Of a DNA stretch of 64,000 bases, positions 22,220 to 35,251 are shown piece after piece. This stretch comes from Utricularia gibba (taxonomy: Eukaryota; Plantae; Magnoliophyta): positions 4,340,001 to 4,404,000 of the forward strand of contig CM007990.1 in assembly GCA_002189035.1 (NCBI GenBank). The letters are read 5' to 3'. Position 1 is the stretch's first letter; each line of letters starts with the position of its first letter. The notes under the pieces are model-generated. The model was not told the origin of the DNA. It saw nothing but the letters and a program-made list of their open reading frames with translations, and did not search any database. The translations under genes were made by a program, and so were the position numbers.

Positions 22220-25200
22220 GAAATGTATCATGTATTTGCTTGCATGTTCAGGGCCGTCTTCTTTCCCTTGTGGCTATTTCATGGAGTTGTTGCCCGTGGA
22301 AGATTCTCTCTGCCTGCCCCATCTATTCCTCATGGTCGCCACGTAAGTGGCTACTTTCCTTGTGGTTTGAGAAGCATATCAATTTTAAAATTCTCCAGAC
22401 TAATAATGCCTCTTTTGTTTTCAAGTATCAAGAGTGCATCATCCAAGTTTTCTTAAATTTCATGTTTCTTTTGTTGGGAGTAGTGGGCCCTTGCCATGCT
22501 GTGGTTGCCATGCCGTTGCTTGTTGCGTTTGAACTGCTTCTTTGTATATATCTCGAGGGTTTAAAAGGTAAGAAAGTAGATAAGCTTCTTTTCCTCTACT
22601 ACTGTACGATACACATCAAACACACAGATTTAAATTTAATTGTGAAAAGCATTTGATTGATTTGAAATGAAAAAATCATCCGTGAGCCTTTTTTTAAAAG
22701 GTACTATTTTATTCCTTTCAACAAAGTGGCAAAGCGTGATGATCATTCACAGTCACAACTGATGTATTTGAGATGTTGGTTGATTTCTACATGATGCAGC
22801 TACTGTCTCTCCAGTAGTGGGCCTAAAAGTGGTATTCCTACCTTTGCTGGCTTTTGAAGTTATCATTCTTATTGACAATGTGAGGTGAAGTATTTTACTT
22901 CCATGGCCTTTTTTTCATTTTGGGGAGCATGTATGGAGTTGATTAGGTCATTGGTGTTGCTTTTTACGTGATTGAAGAGGACTGATCTTTATTTATCTTA
23001 CAACAGGAAATTTAGAATCTTTATAATGTAAAAAATCAGAAATGTAATGTTGATGCTATTAATACCCCCACTTATGATCAATTATTTCTGGTGCTGGGGC
23101 ACAATCTAGGTTTCCTTGGCTTTTAATGACTTCCTTAAATTTTTAATGAATCAGAATGTGTAGAGCGTTTCTACCAGGAGATGATGAAAGCATGAACAAT
23201 GAAGCAATATGGGAGACACTTCCAGTAAGTGTTATGGAATAAATGATAGAGTGGACCATTTGTTATGAGCCCTCAGCTTTTATAACTCATTCTCTGTGGG
23301 CCTAAATTTGGAAAAAAAAATCATTTCTTAATTCAAGTTTTGTTGCCATCCTCAAATTGGAAGTTTTTCTTTGAAGGGGATCAGTTTGCCTGAAATTAGT
23401 ATGACTTTTGGACAAAACACTGTTACTTATCACTATGACTTCTTTCATCAGCACTTCTGGGTAGCGACGGCAATGGTATTCTTTCTTGCTGCCACGGTGC
23501 TAACTGTCCTGAAGCTTTGTGGTTAGCTGTTTCCATCCTCTTTTTGTTTTTTTTCCCCGTGGAATTTCTTTAGGATTTTTTTTTTTTTTTTTTGAAGAGA
23601 AGCAGCTTAGAAGTTGGCTGTTTCTATTACTTTTATGGAAGCATCATACCATTGTTTAGTCCATGATTTTCCTATCCAAGGGGATGAGACAAATATGATT
23701 TTTTTACATCGGTGACTTTTGTCCTTCCTCGGTCTAGTGTGCATCCTCTACCTTGTCTTTCATGTATATAGATTGTCAGTTGGATTTTCTCCCCAAGGTC
23801 TGCTGCTCTGTTGTCTTCTTGTCTGCTTTGGTTTATTGTTTTGTCTTTTTTATGACAATATTTTGATTGTTGATGTGTGTTCTGTTTTACCTGTGGTAGG
23901 TGATGTTCGGGGTCTTGGATGGTGGGAGTTGTTCATTAATATTGGGTATCTTGATCAATGCCAATATATCTTATCCATCATTAATATTGCGTAGATTTAT
24001 ACTTGCGCTTACTTGATGCTATCACAGGATTGGCGAATGCCTAGCATTTCTTGTTTGCACAAAATGGTATAATCCCATAATTCATGGAAATTGTCAAACA
24101 AGGGGAGAAGGTTCTTCAACAAGTGTTAGATATGTTGATTGGAATACTGGCTTAGTCGTATCGAATGAGGAAAATTCACATGATAGAATGTGTGACCTGC
24201 AAGATATTGGTGGCCACATCATGAAAATCTCCATTGTTGGTTTCCAGATTCTTCTTTGTATGAAACTTGCGGTACAAATTTATTTTCCACTAATATTGGT
24301 TATTTTATCACCGAAGCTTCATTACTTATATATACTTTTTAAAGGGAACACCATCAAGTGTCAGCCACATCCCTCTTCCTGTTGTTTTCTCTCCGATTTT
24401 TGCACTGCAAGGAGCTGGGGTTCTGCTTGCGGTCTCTAGATTGATAGAGAAACTTGTTCTCATACTTCAGAGTGATGCCAGTAGAGGAATGTACTTTGTA
24501 TACTCTTCAAGGGTTCGTGATTGCTTTGGATTCCTGCACCATGGGTCCAGGTAATAAATTCTGACACCCGTATACTAGTGTATGAAAAATGAAAGAACGT
24601 GAATTATTCAGAACATTTCTTTTATGCCCAGAGACATAGTACTGAAAACCACATAACGTGGATGTAGGTGCCAATAAGCTAGTTTCTGTGTAATGCTGTG
24701 CAAGGAGATTTTTTTCTTTGTTAATTTATGCATCTGTTTTCTAGGTTAGAATAAATAAGCAATATTCATTATTGCCAAGTTTCTATGCTTATAAAAGAAA
24801 GAAATGTGTTAGAATTTTCTCATTCTTTGAAAATTTGCGAGCTGTTTATTTACATTTTTTATTTTTTGGGCTTATCGTCCAGGTTCCTTGGATGGTGGTC
24901 CATTGATGAAACAAGCCAAGAAGAGCAGGCTCACTTGCTTCATGATGGGGTGTCTTGGTAAGATGACCTTTTCTTCGTGTCACAGTGTCATTTGAATTGC
25001 TCTATCTAATTTCTCACACCACTCCTAATTGCTTAGATCTTCAACTGGTTTGATTTAGGTAAAACTATGCTATACATGTAAGTGGTGAAGAATTACGAAT
25101 TTATGATAGTTAGCTGCAATTTGGAATTGGTACTTGTTTTTTCTATAGTAAACCTTTGCTGAGATGTAGTCCACATTAAATGTCGACTTCATTGTGCGAT

Positions 25201-25987
25201 ACAAGGAATGTTGCTACCACACTTGTATTCCCTTTTCTGGGAGTTACTGATATTATAAGTTAAAAGAGCCTTTTTTATTCCTCTGCATCTGTTTTGTCTT
25301 ATGAAATAAGAATAATTTCTGAAGTGTCTGTGACTTGATATCATGACTCAGCTACAACACTTTTTCTGGTTATCCGCCCGAGATAGTGAAGAAAATGCCA
25401 AAGAAAGATCTTGCTGAGGAGGTAATACCTACATATTCAGTATTTCTTTTTGTATTAGATTAACCCCATTTGATTCCCTTTTAGGTCTGGAGACTCCAGG
25501 CAGCGCTTGGTGAGCAAACAGAAATTACAAAATTCAGTCAGCAAGAGTATGAGCGTCTTCAAAATGTAATATATAGTCCTTTTTCCTCTGTAAATTCGCA
25601 ATGTAGAAGTTTTCGTTCGAGAGAACGCAATTTGCATCTCTTTATGTTTTACTTGTGAATTTACATGATAAGTTGCCATGGTCTTTTCCTGGCCAGGAGA
25701 AAATCTTATGTCGAGTCTGTTATGAAGGAGAGATCAGCATTGTGAATCTTCCTTGCAGGCATCGCGTTTTATGCAGGTCAGACTTCAAACCAATTTTCCA
25801 CTGTTCACCTAGCTTTTTTAAACTTCAAACCAATTTTCCACTGTTCTCGATAACAATGTCTCAGTGCATTACAGGCTGTTTTTGATATGCTGGTTTATTT
25901 TTGTGCAGCAACTGCGCTGATAAATGTCAGAAATGTCCCACATGTCGACTAGCCATTGAAGAGGTGTTGCATGTATATGATGTATAG
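21555..25987 (+). CDS. Transmembrane Fragile-X-F-associated (TMEM185-like) protein with C-terminal C3HC4 RING, 14 coding exons; one -1 frameshift as assembled
   Basis: MSWRRVGKSLQ...LKLDH, FFPLWLFHGVVARGRFSLPAPSIPHGRH, LQDIGGHIMK, LGWWSIDE, RING CRVCYEGEISIVNLPCRHRVLCSNCADKCQKCPTCR, TAG at 25985-25987. Exon 3 needs one extra C at 22488-22490 to read WAPCHA. Confidence 0.92.
22183..22216. repeat. (TG)17 microsatellite in intron 1 of the TMEM185-RING gene
   Basis: Perfect TG repeat read directly, about 35 nt upstream of the exon 2 acceptor. Confidence 0.95.
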
Positions 25988-26335
25988 AAGAACCAGCAGC
26001 AATCCCTGGGGTGCTGTAATGAACAGTAACAGAAACTCTGATGCTAGAGCTAATGTTTTAGAAGAAAACACGCAGGTAGCTGTTTTCAGCAACCAGATTT
26101 TTACGTAGTTTTCCGCACACAGGAAAGAGGTTCTTTTTTCCTTCTTTCCGTTGTGAATGCACTTGAATATGTATGATCTTTTGCTTCTCTCTCTGGATGT
26201 GTATGGCTTCTTTTTGCAAGGGTCAAATTCGAATCTCGACATGGTATTCTTATGCAAGGATCTGATGATAATATTTATACTACTTACAAGTAGTTGCTTC
26301 TGTCTACTCGCAACCAGGGACCTCCCTTGCTTTCT

Positions 26336-27756
26336 TCAGTTACGTTTGATCTCCGGTGACCGTACGGAATCCGGCCACAGGATATCTTTGAGCCCTGGCA
26401 AATCAATCAGCTTCTTGCTTAAGGCCTCGGTAGCAGGGAATCCGGTTTCCGGGATGCAGAACCACCGGTTGAACCAGTCCACTGCCTCGGGGCACATCTT
26501 CTTTGCCAAGAATGTTGTCTTGAACCAGAACGGGACGGTAAGGTTCCTGTCCCCACGGCAAGCTCCGTCGACAACCGCCTCTGCTAACCGCCGCACATGC
26601 TCGATCGGAACAACACTAACCACCACCTAATATCATATGATCGATCAATCACAGTCTGCAATGAACAACTCAGCAACTTGTTCTTACATCTCGCAGATCT
26701 TGGTCCACTATCATCTCCTCCTCCTTGTTGAGGAACTTGCCTTTGGTCATCTCTGATTCTATCAAGCCTGGTGTAACCACTGTGATTCCCACCTCAGATC
26801 CGAATTCGAGTCGAAGATTCTCGAAGAACTGCACTACTGCAGCTTTGCTAGCCTGCAACGATGCACACATTCAGTGAACGATGATGTGGAAGTTGACAGC
26901 TTTTTTAAAGGACTCAGACACTGTAAAAGCTCAGCCTGGGCACATTCAACCAGCTTGCTGAGGACGCAATCACAACTATCCTCCCTCTGGTTTTCTTTAG
27001 GTGTGGAGCAGCAAAGTAAGTCAGGTAGACAAATCCCCAGAAGTTCATATCCTGTGTTTTTTACTATGAAAATGTGTAACAAGTACATATCTTGGATCCC
27101 AAATCTGCAGAGGTAAGAGGACATGCCATTGCCGGGGCTGCATTGGTGACATCAAGCATCTCCTCCAGCAAGCTCACGGGCGTTACTCCCGCGCACAGCA
27201 CCAGATGGTCCACTGCAGTGTGTATGCGTACGTACAAACATTTGCCACAGCAAGTATGCAATGAAATGAAAAACAGGGCTTCACTTACATCGACCAAATT
27301 GGTTGATGGCTTCTTCAATTAATCTGCTGCAGTGTTCTGCTTTGGAGATATCAGTTACAAGAGGAATTACTTGAGGAGAACCACAAAAGTAAGCTGTCTC
27401 AGCTACTTCTTTCAGAGCATTTTCCCTCCTTGCACCAATAACCAGGCGTGCACCTCTTGTTCCATACTCATAGGCAAGATGCTTATTGCAAAGATAGCAT
27501 GCCAAAAAATGTTGAAGGAATCCTGAGGTAAGAATTGAGATTCAAACCAGAAGCGTTGGTTCATACTGCTTACCTCTCCCATTCCAGATGAAGCTCCGGC
27601 GATGACGACTACTTTTCCGGTCAAGTCTTCGCGGAAAACTAACCGCCAGAGGTAGTTTAAGGACTTGAGGAACAGGTAGAAAGGGTAAAAGAGAGGGAAC
27701 ATGATGATGGTGAAAAAGGGTGCAAAAATGTTGAGGTAACCATGCACCAAGTTCAT
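26336..27756 (-). CDS. HSD1: Steroleosin / 11-beta-hydroxysteroid dehydrogenase-like (SDR), 6 exons
   Basis: Hydrophobic oil-body anchor IFAPFFTIIMFPLFYPFYLFLK, cofactor motif VVVIAGASSGMGE, HLAYEYG, MDMNFWG, catalytic YSASK across the exon 4/5 junction, VTPGLIESEMTKGKF. Confidence 0.93.
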
Positions 27757-27811
27757 GACTGTAATGAGTGAACCACTGCAACAAGGACGCATTTATGTTG
27801 AAATGTTAATG

Positions 27812-27838
27812 CATGCATGAAGGGCGTAAGTGCCACGT
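27812..27838 (-). promoter_or_regulatory. RY element plus ABRE in the steroleosin proximal promoter
   Basis: CATGCATG at 27812-27819 and ACGTGGC (minus strand) at 27832-27838, 55-80 nt upstream of the ATG. This is the standard ABI3/ABI5 seed-maturation module. Confidence 0.7.
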
Positions 27839-28308
27839 ACGCCCTCTTGGGGCGACACCTAGAGGAACAACAGTTCAGGTCTTTTAAGGTGCAGTTGATC
27901 GATCATATGTACAGCTCCAAAGATCTCTCTTTTTTCCATTGTCAAAAGGTGAAAAAGGGTGCAAGTTTATTGTCTAAAAATCTGTGTGATTTTGACATTG
28001 TGAAAAAACACATATCGTTCACATCAAGCTTTTATGTCCATTAAGGAGGCGATTTGACATCTTACTGAAAATTTATGAGCCTTGTTTATAGCATCAAAAG
28101 CCTTAGGAGAAGCTTCCATTAACTTGATTCATGGCACCTTGGAACAAAGAGTCTCAGCAACAATTACAAACCCACAGGCCCATGTGTTTCCACAGAGAAA
28201 GAGCTGCCAAAGTCTTCTATTCTAACTCATTCTACATAAACACATGTTGCAAGACAGAAATGGGAAAACTAAACACAGATACCATTTTTGTTGCAGGTTG
28301 CTCACAGG

Positions 28309-29068
28309 CTAGTGATTGTTTTCCTTGTGATTGGAAATGAAGTGGGAGATTATGTTCTTGGCCTTGGTGTCATGCGGTTTTTGCATTTTAGCCCCTCCAA
28401 ATCTGTGAATCAACTTCTCCCTCACCAGCTTTTGGTAGATGTAGGCAGCTCCTCTGAACTGCGGCAACACCAGCCACGCCACGAACACCAACTTCGCTTC
28501 ATACCAAATCGGAATCCTATTTGAAAAAACATAGTAGTTACTCAGTTATTCATCTATTTCATTTTAAGTGAAGATTTTGGGATCTGGGTTCTCTTAAAAT
28601 TCGGATCTTGAAACCAGAAAAGGCCAATAAAAGATGAAACTGTGACAGATCATCTCGTCGAAGAAGAAGAAGAAGGAGAATTGTGGTTTACCATTCTAAG
28701 GCAGGTTGTATGAGCATCTCAACGAGTGTAAAAAATGAATACAAAATCCAGTACGCGAGCCACTGCTCATCATCTATCCTAGAATGGCTCTCAATGGCCA
28801 TAACCGAAGCATATCTGTGAGCAAAATGAACAAACTGACAACCTACTTCTTCACTTGTAGTAGCTTCAGTTCACAAAATCAATTCTTACTTACAGTGGGT
28901 AGAGTAGCATGAACGCTGGCCTGCAATTGCAATTACAAACAACCCAGACTTAAAAACAAACAGGAGAGTACTGAAAATCGAAATCTTTAAAATCCGAGAT
29001 TGTTATAGTTTCTGTCCTTACCCAGCCAGTGAATGAAGAAACATGAGAGAAGCCCAGAGGCGGCTCAT
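28309..29068 (-). CDS. HVA22: HVA22-like protein (HVA22d/e type), at least 4 exons
   Basis: MSRLWASLMFLHSLAG|PAFMLLYPL|YASVMAIES...DDEQWLAYWILYSFFTLVE...LEW|IPIWYEAKLVFVAWLVLPQFRGAAYIY. A further short 3' exon is possible. Confidence 0.93.
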
Positions 29069-29540
29069 TTTGTTTTCTCAGCAAGTTTCTGCTGCGAGAA
29101 TTTCACAAAAACACCGGAGGAATGCAAATTGGGGAAGCTACGGAAGAACCACCACTATCGCTTGTTGCGCTGATATACATTACTTTCATTATGACGCAGA
29201 GAGAAACTGTTGTAAAGAAGAGTGAGCTGGCTGGACCCGGGCCGTCCTGGGTACGCCTCCGTTCCAACTACCAAGGTGACCGCCAAGATCATTCCTTTTT
29301 TTCTTCTTTCCTTACGTGTTGGCTAATCTCCCTATAGTTCCCCAGCCCATCCTTTTCACAGCATTCATTATGTAATAATATTTTACCTGATTACCATATA
29401 CTGAAAAAAAGTACTCGCAATGTTTGACAAAATCAACCCTTTTTCACACAACATTACGTAATAAATTCTACTGTTTTACCATCTTCGGAAACAAAATATA
29501 TGCAATCTTGTAAAAATCAGCTTTGAATTTGCATTTAGTT

Positions 29541-29867
29541 TTACTCGGGTTTGCAGTTGATTTCTTTCATGTCAACTAACAACTCTATGGCTTCACCGGT
29601 TCTACCAGACCTGCATAGGGAACTTGTGTGCAGGCAGCTGCACCAGGCCAACAGGCATCATCTTTCATCTCATTCAAAAATGGTTTGCTTCTCCTAATAA
29701 TACATCATACATAGCCAATCCATCAAGGTTAGGGAGTTGACAATGCTCTGATGATACTGTTACGTTCTAAAAATTCCATGGTTTTCTTTGCTTCATCTGT
29801 TTTTCCCTCTATGGCAAAGGCCACTGATCAGGAGATTGTATGTCAACTCATCAGGAGGTATTTGCAT
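29541..29867 (-). pseudogene. Degenerate pentatricopeptide-repeat (PPR) gene fragment
   Basis: MQIPPDELTYNLLISGLCHRGK[fs]TDEAKKTMEFL, then LDGLAMY...GEANHF[fs]LNEMKDDACWPG...[fs]LCRSGRTGEAIELLVDMKEINCKPE*. These are about three P-type PPR motifs broken by frameshifts. Confidence 0.75.
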
Positions 29868-30748
29868 TTGAGAAACACGGGGAGGGGAATTCAACAGTGG
29901 AAATCAGGGGTTAGGAAGTGAAAGCTTCAGACAATTTTCTCTAGAGGCGACAATAGTTTCGGTTTTGAAGGGGGATTGAATGGAATCAGTGAAATCTTAT
30001 TACCTTTCGCCTTCTCAAAAAGCTTTACGGTTTCCCATATGAAAGCAACTAAAAACAGAAGCTGCAGTTCATACATCAGATGCAGACTTTCCGTCTTACA
30101 AAAACGTAAGATTCAATGGATTCGTTTTCAGACTCTATTCATTAGCTATAAATGAGTGCTCAATCCATCAAAATGCTTCAAAATCCAATATTTCCCCAGA
30201 CTCTTCTCCTCACTGTGCACTTGCAATGGACGATCAAAATCCAGGTACTTCGTTGAAGTGATGATCTGGGGTTCACTTTACATAATGAAGCAGCTATCTT
30301 GTAGTCATATGAGATGATAAATGTTTTTACCTGAACTTTTCAGGGTTGAAAATGCTACTGCAGAAGAAAAATGATCAGCAGGCTTCCGTACTATGGAGGA
30401 ATGTCGTCACGGACTTCAAAGGGTGTGCATATAAGTTCAAGTTCTCTTGTGAATCAGCATTCACTTGCATCAAACGATTTACTCACCATGTCGTTTTTTG
30501 TGTTTCATTAACGTGTTGAGCTGCTGCTGTTCACTTCTCTGTCTGTGTCCTGGTACTGGGAGGGAAAAAGAAAAAGAAATACAAGAATAATAGTTTTTAA
30601 ATATAAAGGAAAAGTCAATAGCTATTCAGTTTGGGATTTCATTTGGCGCCCATCGTTCGATTAGGGATTTGTGAAGCTCCCAGCTTTTCCTATCCGTTGA
30701 GCTCCTGCATTTTCTGAAGCTCTGATTGATTTCAGTCTGTTTTTGGGC

Positions 30749-33028
30749 ATGGAAGGGGAGCAACTGACGGAGCAAGAGACTGCTCTTTACGATCGGCAAA
30801 TTCGCGTGTGGGGTGCGGATGCTCAGCGAAGGTAATACTGGGTTTCTAAGTTCGTTGTTTATTTTCGATTATGAAGTTTTGAGTCGTATGGTGTACTCAT
30901 TTGATGTACTTATGCCTGTGCTGTTAGGCTAAGCAAGTCGCGTATATTCGTCAGCGGGCTGAAAGGTGTTGTAGTTGAGGTATTTGTCTCATCTCACAGT
31001 AATTTTTTACGTGTTACAAGTGCTTCGACGATTATAAAGAGGAAAAAATGAATATTTTATGAATGTAATCCCTGGCTGAGTATGCTCAATGTTCCATCCT
31101 GCAGTTCTGTAAGAACATTGTGCTAGCTGGAGTTGGTAGTGTGACTCTGAACGATGACCGTACGGTTACTGAGGATTTGTTGTCAGCCAATTTTTTGATT
31201 CCGGCCCAGGATGATGTTTTTGCTGGGAAATCAATTGCTGAGCTCTGTTGTGACTCCTTGAAGGATTTTAATCCCATGGTTCATGTATCTGTGGAAAAAG
31301 GTGGGAACTTTTCCTGCTCTAAGCTGAGGTTTTTGGTTCAGTGTGGAAATCACTGGGACTCCTAGAATGTGCTCCATTTTTAGTTTGGCTTCTGTGATTC
31401 TGAAACCTGTATAATAGATGATTCTGTTGTTCATGTTTCTGTGGAACAACAGGCAATCTAGTTGCTTTTTAGCTGGGATTGGTTACTAGGCAATCTTTAA
31501 ATGTGCTCCATTTTTCGCTAGTAGGGTTATGTGGTTCCAAACTGTGTATAATGGGTATGCCAGCTATGGAATTGCTTAACAGACGTGCACCTTGCTATCT
31601 TCCAGTTATTAAATGCCTTATTTTTTTTATGATTTTACAGGTGATGTTTCCACGTTCGGTGTTGAATTTTTCGAGAAGTTTGATGTTGTAGTCATCAATT
31701 CATGCTCCTTATCCACAAAAGTAGAGTTCTTGCTATGGGTCATAGTTTATATTGTCGTTTAACTAGCAGCCGTATATTAATCAAGACTCTTTATATCTCC
31801 ACTTGAAACAGAAATCTGTTAATGAGAAGTGCCGCAAATTGTCAACACGTATAGCATTTTATACAGTCGATTGCAGGGGCTCATGTGGTGAAATTTTTGT
31901 TGACTTGCAGAAGTATACGTATTCAAAGGTCACCATTTTTGTCATTCGTTGTTCTGCATTCGTATATTCCAAATTTTTCATCTTTGTTACTTGTTTTATT
32001 TTTAGCTTCTTTTTTTATTTTGAGGTTTTGGTTTTAGGTAAAGATCGTGTTTGTATTTTTTCTGATACTGTGCCTGTTTGAGTAATCTGGGCTTGTTTTT
32101 TTTTTTGAAATGACAGAAAAAGGATGACGAAGCCATTGAATGCCATATTAATTTCCCGAGTTTTGAGGTAGATTCAGCAACTTCTCATATGAAATGTTTT
32201 GAAAAGGCGGATGCCTGTTTCGCAAATGTGATCTGTCTGTTTTCTTCTCTTCCCTTCAGGAAGCCATTTCTACTCCATGGAAGTCTCTTCCAAAGAAGGT
32301 GTCAAAATTGTATTTCGCTATAAGAGGTAATCTCACCTTTTTTCCATGCCAGAATCTTAGAGTGTGAACGCATGCAATAGTAAACCTTAGTCATGAGCAA
32401 AATTCAATTTTTTGCATGTAGTGTTCATTGAAGGTGTACTCAGTGGCGTATAAATAAGTTATGTGAAGAATCCTTTTTGTTGATGGTTTAGGACACTCAA
32501 TATTCTTCGAAAATCCTTTTTGTTGTTTTTCTGTGTATGGCTACTTGGATGTTAATTCGTGTTTCAGTTGTGGAGAATTTTGAGGATTCTGAAGGTCGCT
32601 CACCGGGAGATTCTTCATCTGCTGACTTACCAGCTGTTCAGAAATTGAGGAAGGAACTTTGTGAAGCTCATGTAAATTCCCCTGATACTTGGTGATTTTA
32701 AATGCATCTAGGAATGCTTGGTGCTTACTCATCTCCTCTGTGCAGTCCGTGGACGAATCTCATATCCCAGATTCCCTCCTCGAGAGATTGTTGAAAGATA
32801 GACGAGAATTCCCTCCTGTATGTGCCATTATTGGTGGAATTCTTGGTCAGGTAACACTATCTGTGTCATTTTTATTGAACTACTGCACTGGAGGTCATTC
32901 CCTTTACACAAACTATTTTCCAACCGCAGGAGGTGATTAAAGCAATATCAGGCAAAGGAGATCCCTTGAAAAATTTCTTCTTTTTCGACTCGATGGATGG
33001 AAAGGGCTTGATAGAAGACATATCTTGA
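30749..33028 (+). CDS. SAE1: SUMO-activating enzyme subunit 1, 10 exons
   Basis: [95 protein letters not shown]. TGA at 33026-33028. Confidence 0.96.
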
Positions 33029-33428
33029 AGGAGTTAGAAGGCAGGTTACTTCCACACAACTCTTGGAAGTGGAATTCTAATGGTGGCTGTGTTAGAAGTC
33101 ACACTTTCTGTAGATTTGTCTGTCAGTTGATGGAATGTTGAATCTTGAGCTGCTGATCATTTGGCTCTTGGTAGCCTTGTTATCTAATGCAAGTTTTCAT
33201 TAGATCTCTAATGGAATGTTCCTCGAGTAGCTGATTTCCTACCACCACATTGCAAATAAGAGTATCACTAAGCAACAAAACAAACTGGTATATGTTGTCT
33301 GAGTAACTTCAAATGATGTCTGATACCGGACATGGTAATGAACCAATGACAATAACTCATGGTCAAAGAAGACAGAAAGCTGAGTAAGAAGACGGCACTG
33401 GTAACTAGTGATGCTTTGTGTATGAATT

Positions 33429-35182
33429 CTACTTCTTGGCAGCGGATGATCCAGCAGCCTTGGTATCAGGTGAATTCAGCTCTTCCCAAGCATCAATCCA
33501 TGTAACCATGGCATCAGACAGTTTAACAAAGTAAGGATCAATGGGGCCAAGCTTATCCTTGACGAGCTTCGACAGCTCGATATAGCATTTTTGCACCGTC
33601 GTGCACTCTTTTGGGAGAACCACAGACTGGAAGAAGGGTATGATGTCCTCTTGCCAGAATATTCCTTTGTATTCCTTCTTCAGGTTCACAAACGGGTTGC
33701 TAGCCTTGCTGTGCCAGATATACGGAAGCCCGGTCTTTACTCCCAGTCCCAGGTGATCAGCTATCACCTTCAAAATGAATGGATGGAGTTAAGAAATACA
33801 ACTTAAAGAGGTATATTGAATTTGAAGTGAAGCGAGGTATATTGAAGTATGTAAGCAGTTGCTTCAACAGCACCAACAAGCATGAGCTCCGTAAAATGCT
33901 AAAAAAGATTTGTAGGGAAAGAGATGTCACCTTAACACACCAGCCAGCCCACATATCATCGTATCTTCCAAGAGGTTGGCCGTCACCCATCAGCCCAAAG
34001 TACATGGCAGGGCCAATGAGATCTCTGTTGAAAGCAAGGTTCATCCCACACATGGGGAACAGGGAACCTTTTGGAATTGTCAGAACTGCATCCACATACC
34101 TGCAATAAATATCGGTTGAGTGAAAACAAAAACAAAAACTTTGTATCATTAAATTTCCAGTGATCATCAATATTGAAAACTAACCTGGTGTTGCGTTCAC
34201 GAGGTTTAACGAGCTGAGTAGGGGCATCGTAGTCAGGAATGTTGAGCCAGAGACCGTGAGAGACAGCAGTTGGCACACCTTCCCTCATGCTGAATGGATA
34301 GCCACGCACAAAATCAGCACCTTCCCTGTAAGGATCATAGAGTGTGTTGAAAAACAATGGTGTTGATGGAGTCAGCAAATTGTGTATGTGCTGAGCCAAA
34401 GCGTTGATCTCTTTTCCGGTTGGATCCTTAGCCACCTGTTTCATTTCCAAAAATCAGAACATGAAATTCCATTCAACAAAATAATGACTACATGTAAGCA
34501 AGCACCCAAATTGGTTAGAACCAATGTTCTCAAGTATGTCAGATCGATCTGTACTCAACCAATCTGAAGGCGATGCAACTGAAACTGTTAATTCACGATC
34601 GAACCGGTTTGGGGTCCAGAGGCTACGTTAAAATTCAAATATTTCTTGTGCCAGGTGCCAAAAGAAAGGAAAAAAAGGTGGCCAGACAGTAAGGAACTTG
34701 TCTTTTCATATTCAGCAGGTTAGTTGACTTGTTCAAGTGTGCGCACATCTGAATAAAAAAAAACCTAATCTTGAAAAACCCTCCCCAGATCCAATCCCCA
34801 AATTCAACTTTCCCCACATTGATGCAAAAAATTCCTAAAATTCTGAAACAAGCCTTACGAAGCAATCGTCGTCAATGGTGTAGATGTATTTCTTTTTCGA
34901 GACGAGGTACCCAAAGCAGCGGCAAGCGGAGTCTTTGAACGAGATGCAGGAAGCTTTAGGACCAAGGATCCGGTTAATGTCGTTGCGATTGTAGAGCTCG
35001 TAGTCGAATCCCTCGGGGATGCTGACTTTCCTCGCGGGATCACCGTCCTGGACGATGATTAGATGATAAGGCTCGAAGAACGGGCGCCACATTTCCAGAA
35101 AATCGAGGTTCCTAATCGTCGGAATGACGATATCCAATTCGTCCTTGAGCGCCGGTGCCACCGGAACCGCTGGTTGAGACAT
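33429..35182 (-). CDS. RGP: Reversibly glycosylated polypeptide / UDP-arabinopyranose mutase, class 1, 4 exons
   Basis: [83 protein letters not shown]. Exons 35182-34859, 34435-34185, 34099-33931 and 33767-33429. Confidence 0.97.
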
Positions 35183-35243
35183 GGCTGTTCTCCGAATTCC
35201 GGCAGATCTCAGGAAGTCAACACAATGGGGACGGAAGTGACAC

Positions 35244-35251
35244 TATTTATA
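35244..35251 (-). promoter_or_regulatory. TATA box of RGP
   Basis: TATAAATA on the minus strand about 60 nt upstream of the ATG. Confidence 0.65.
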
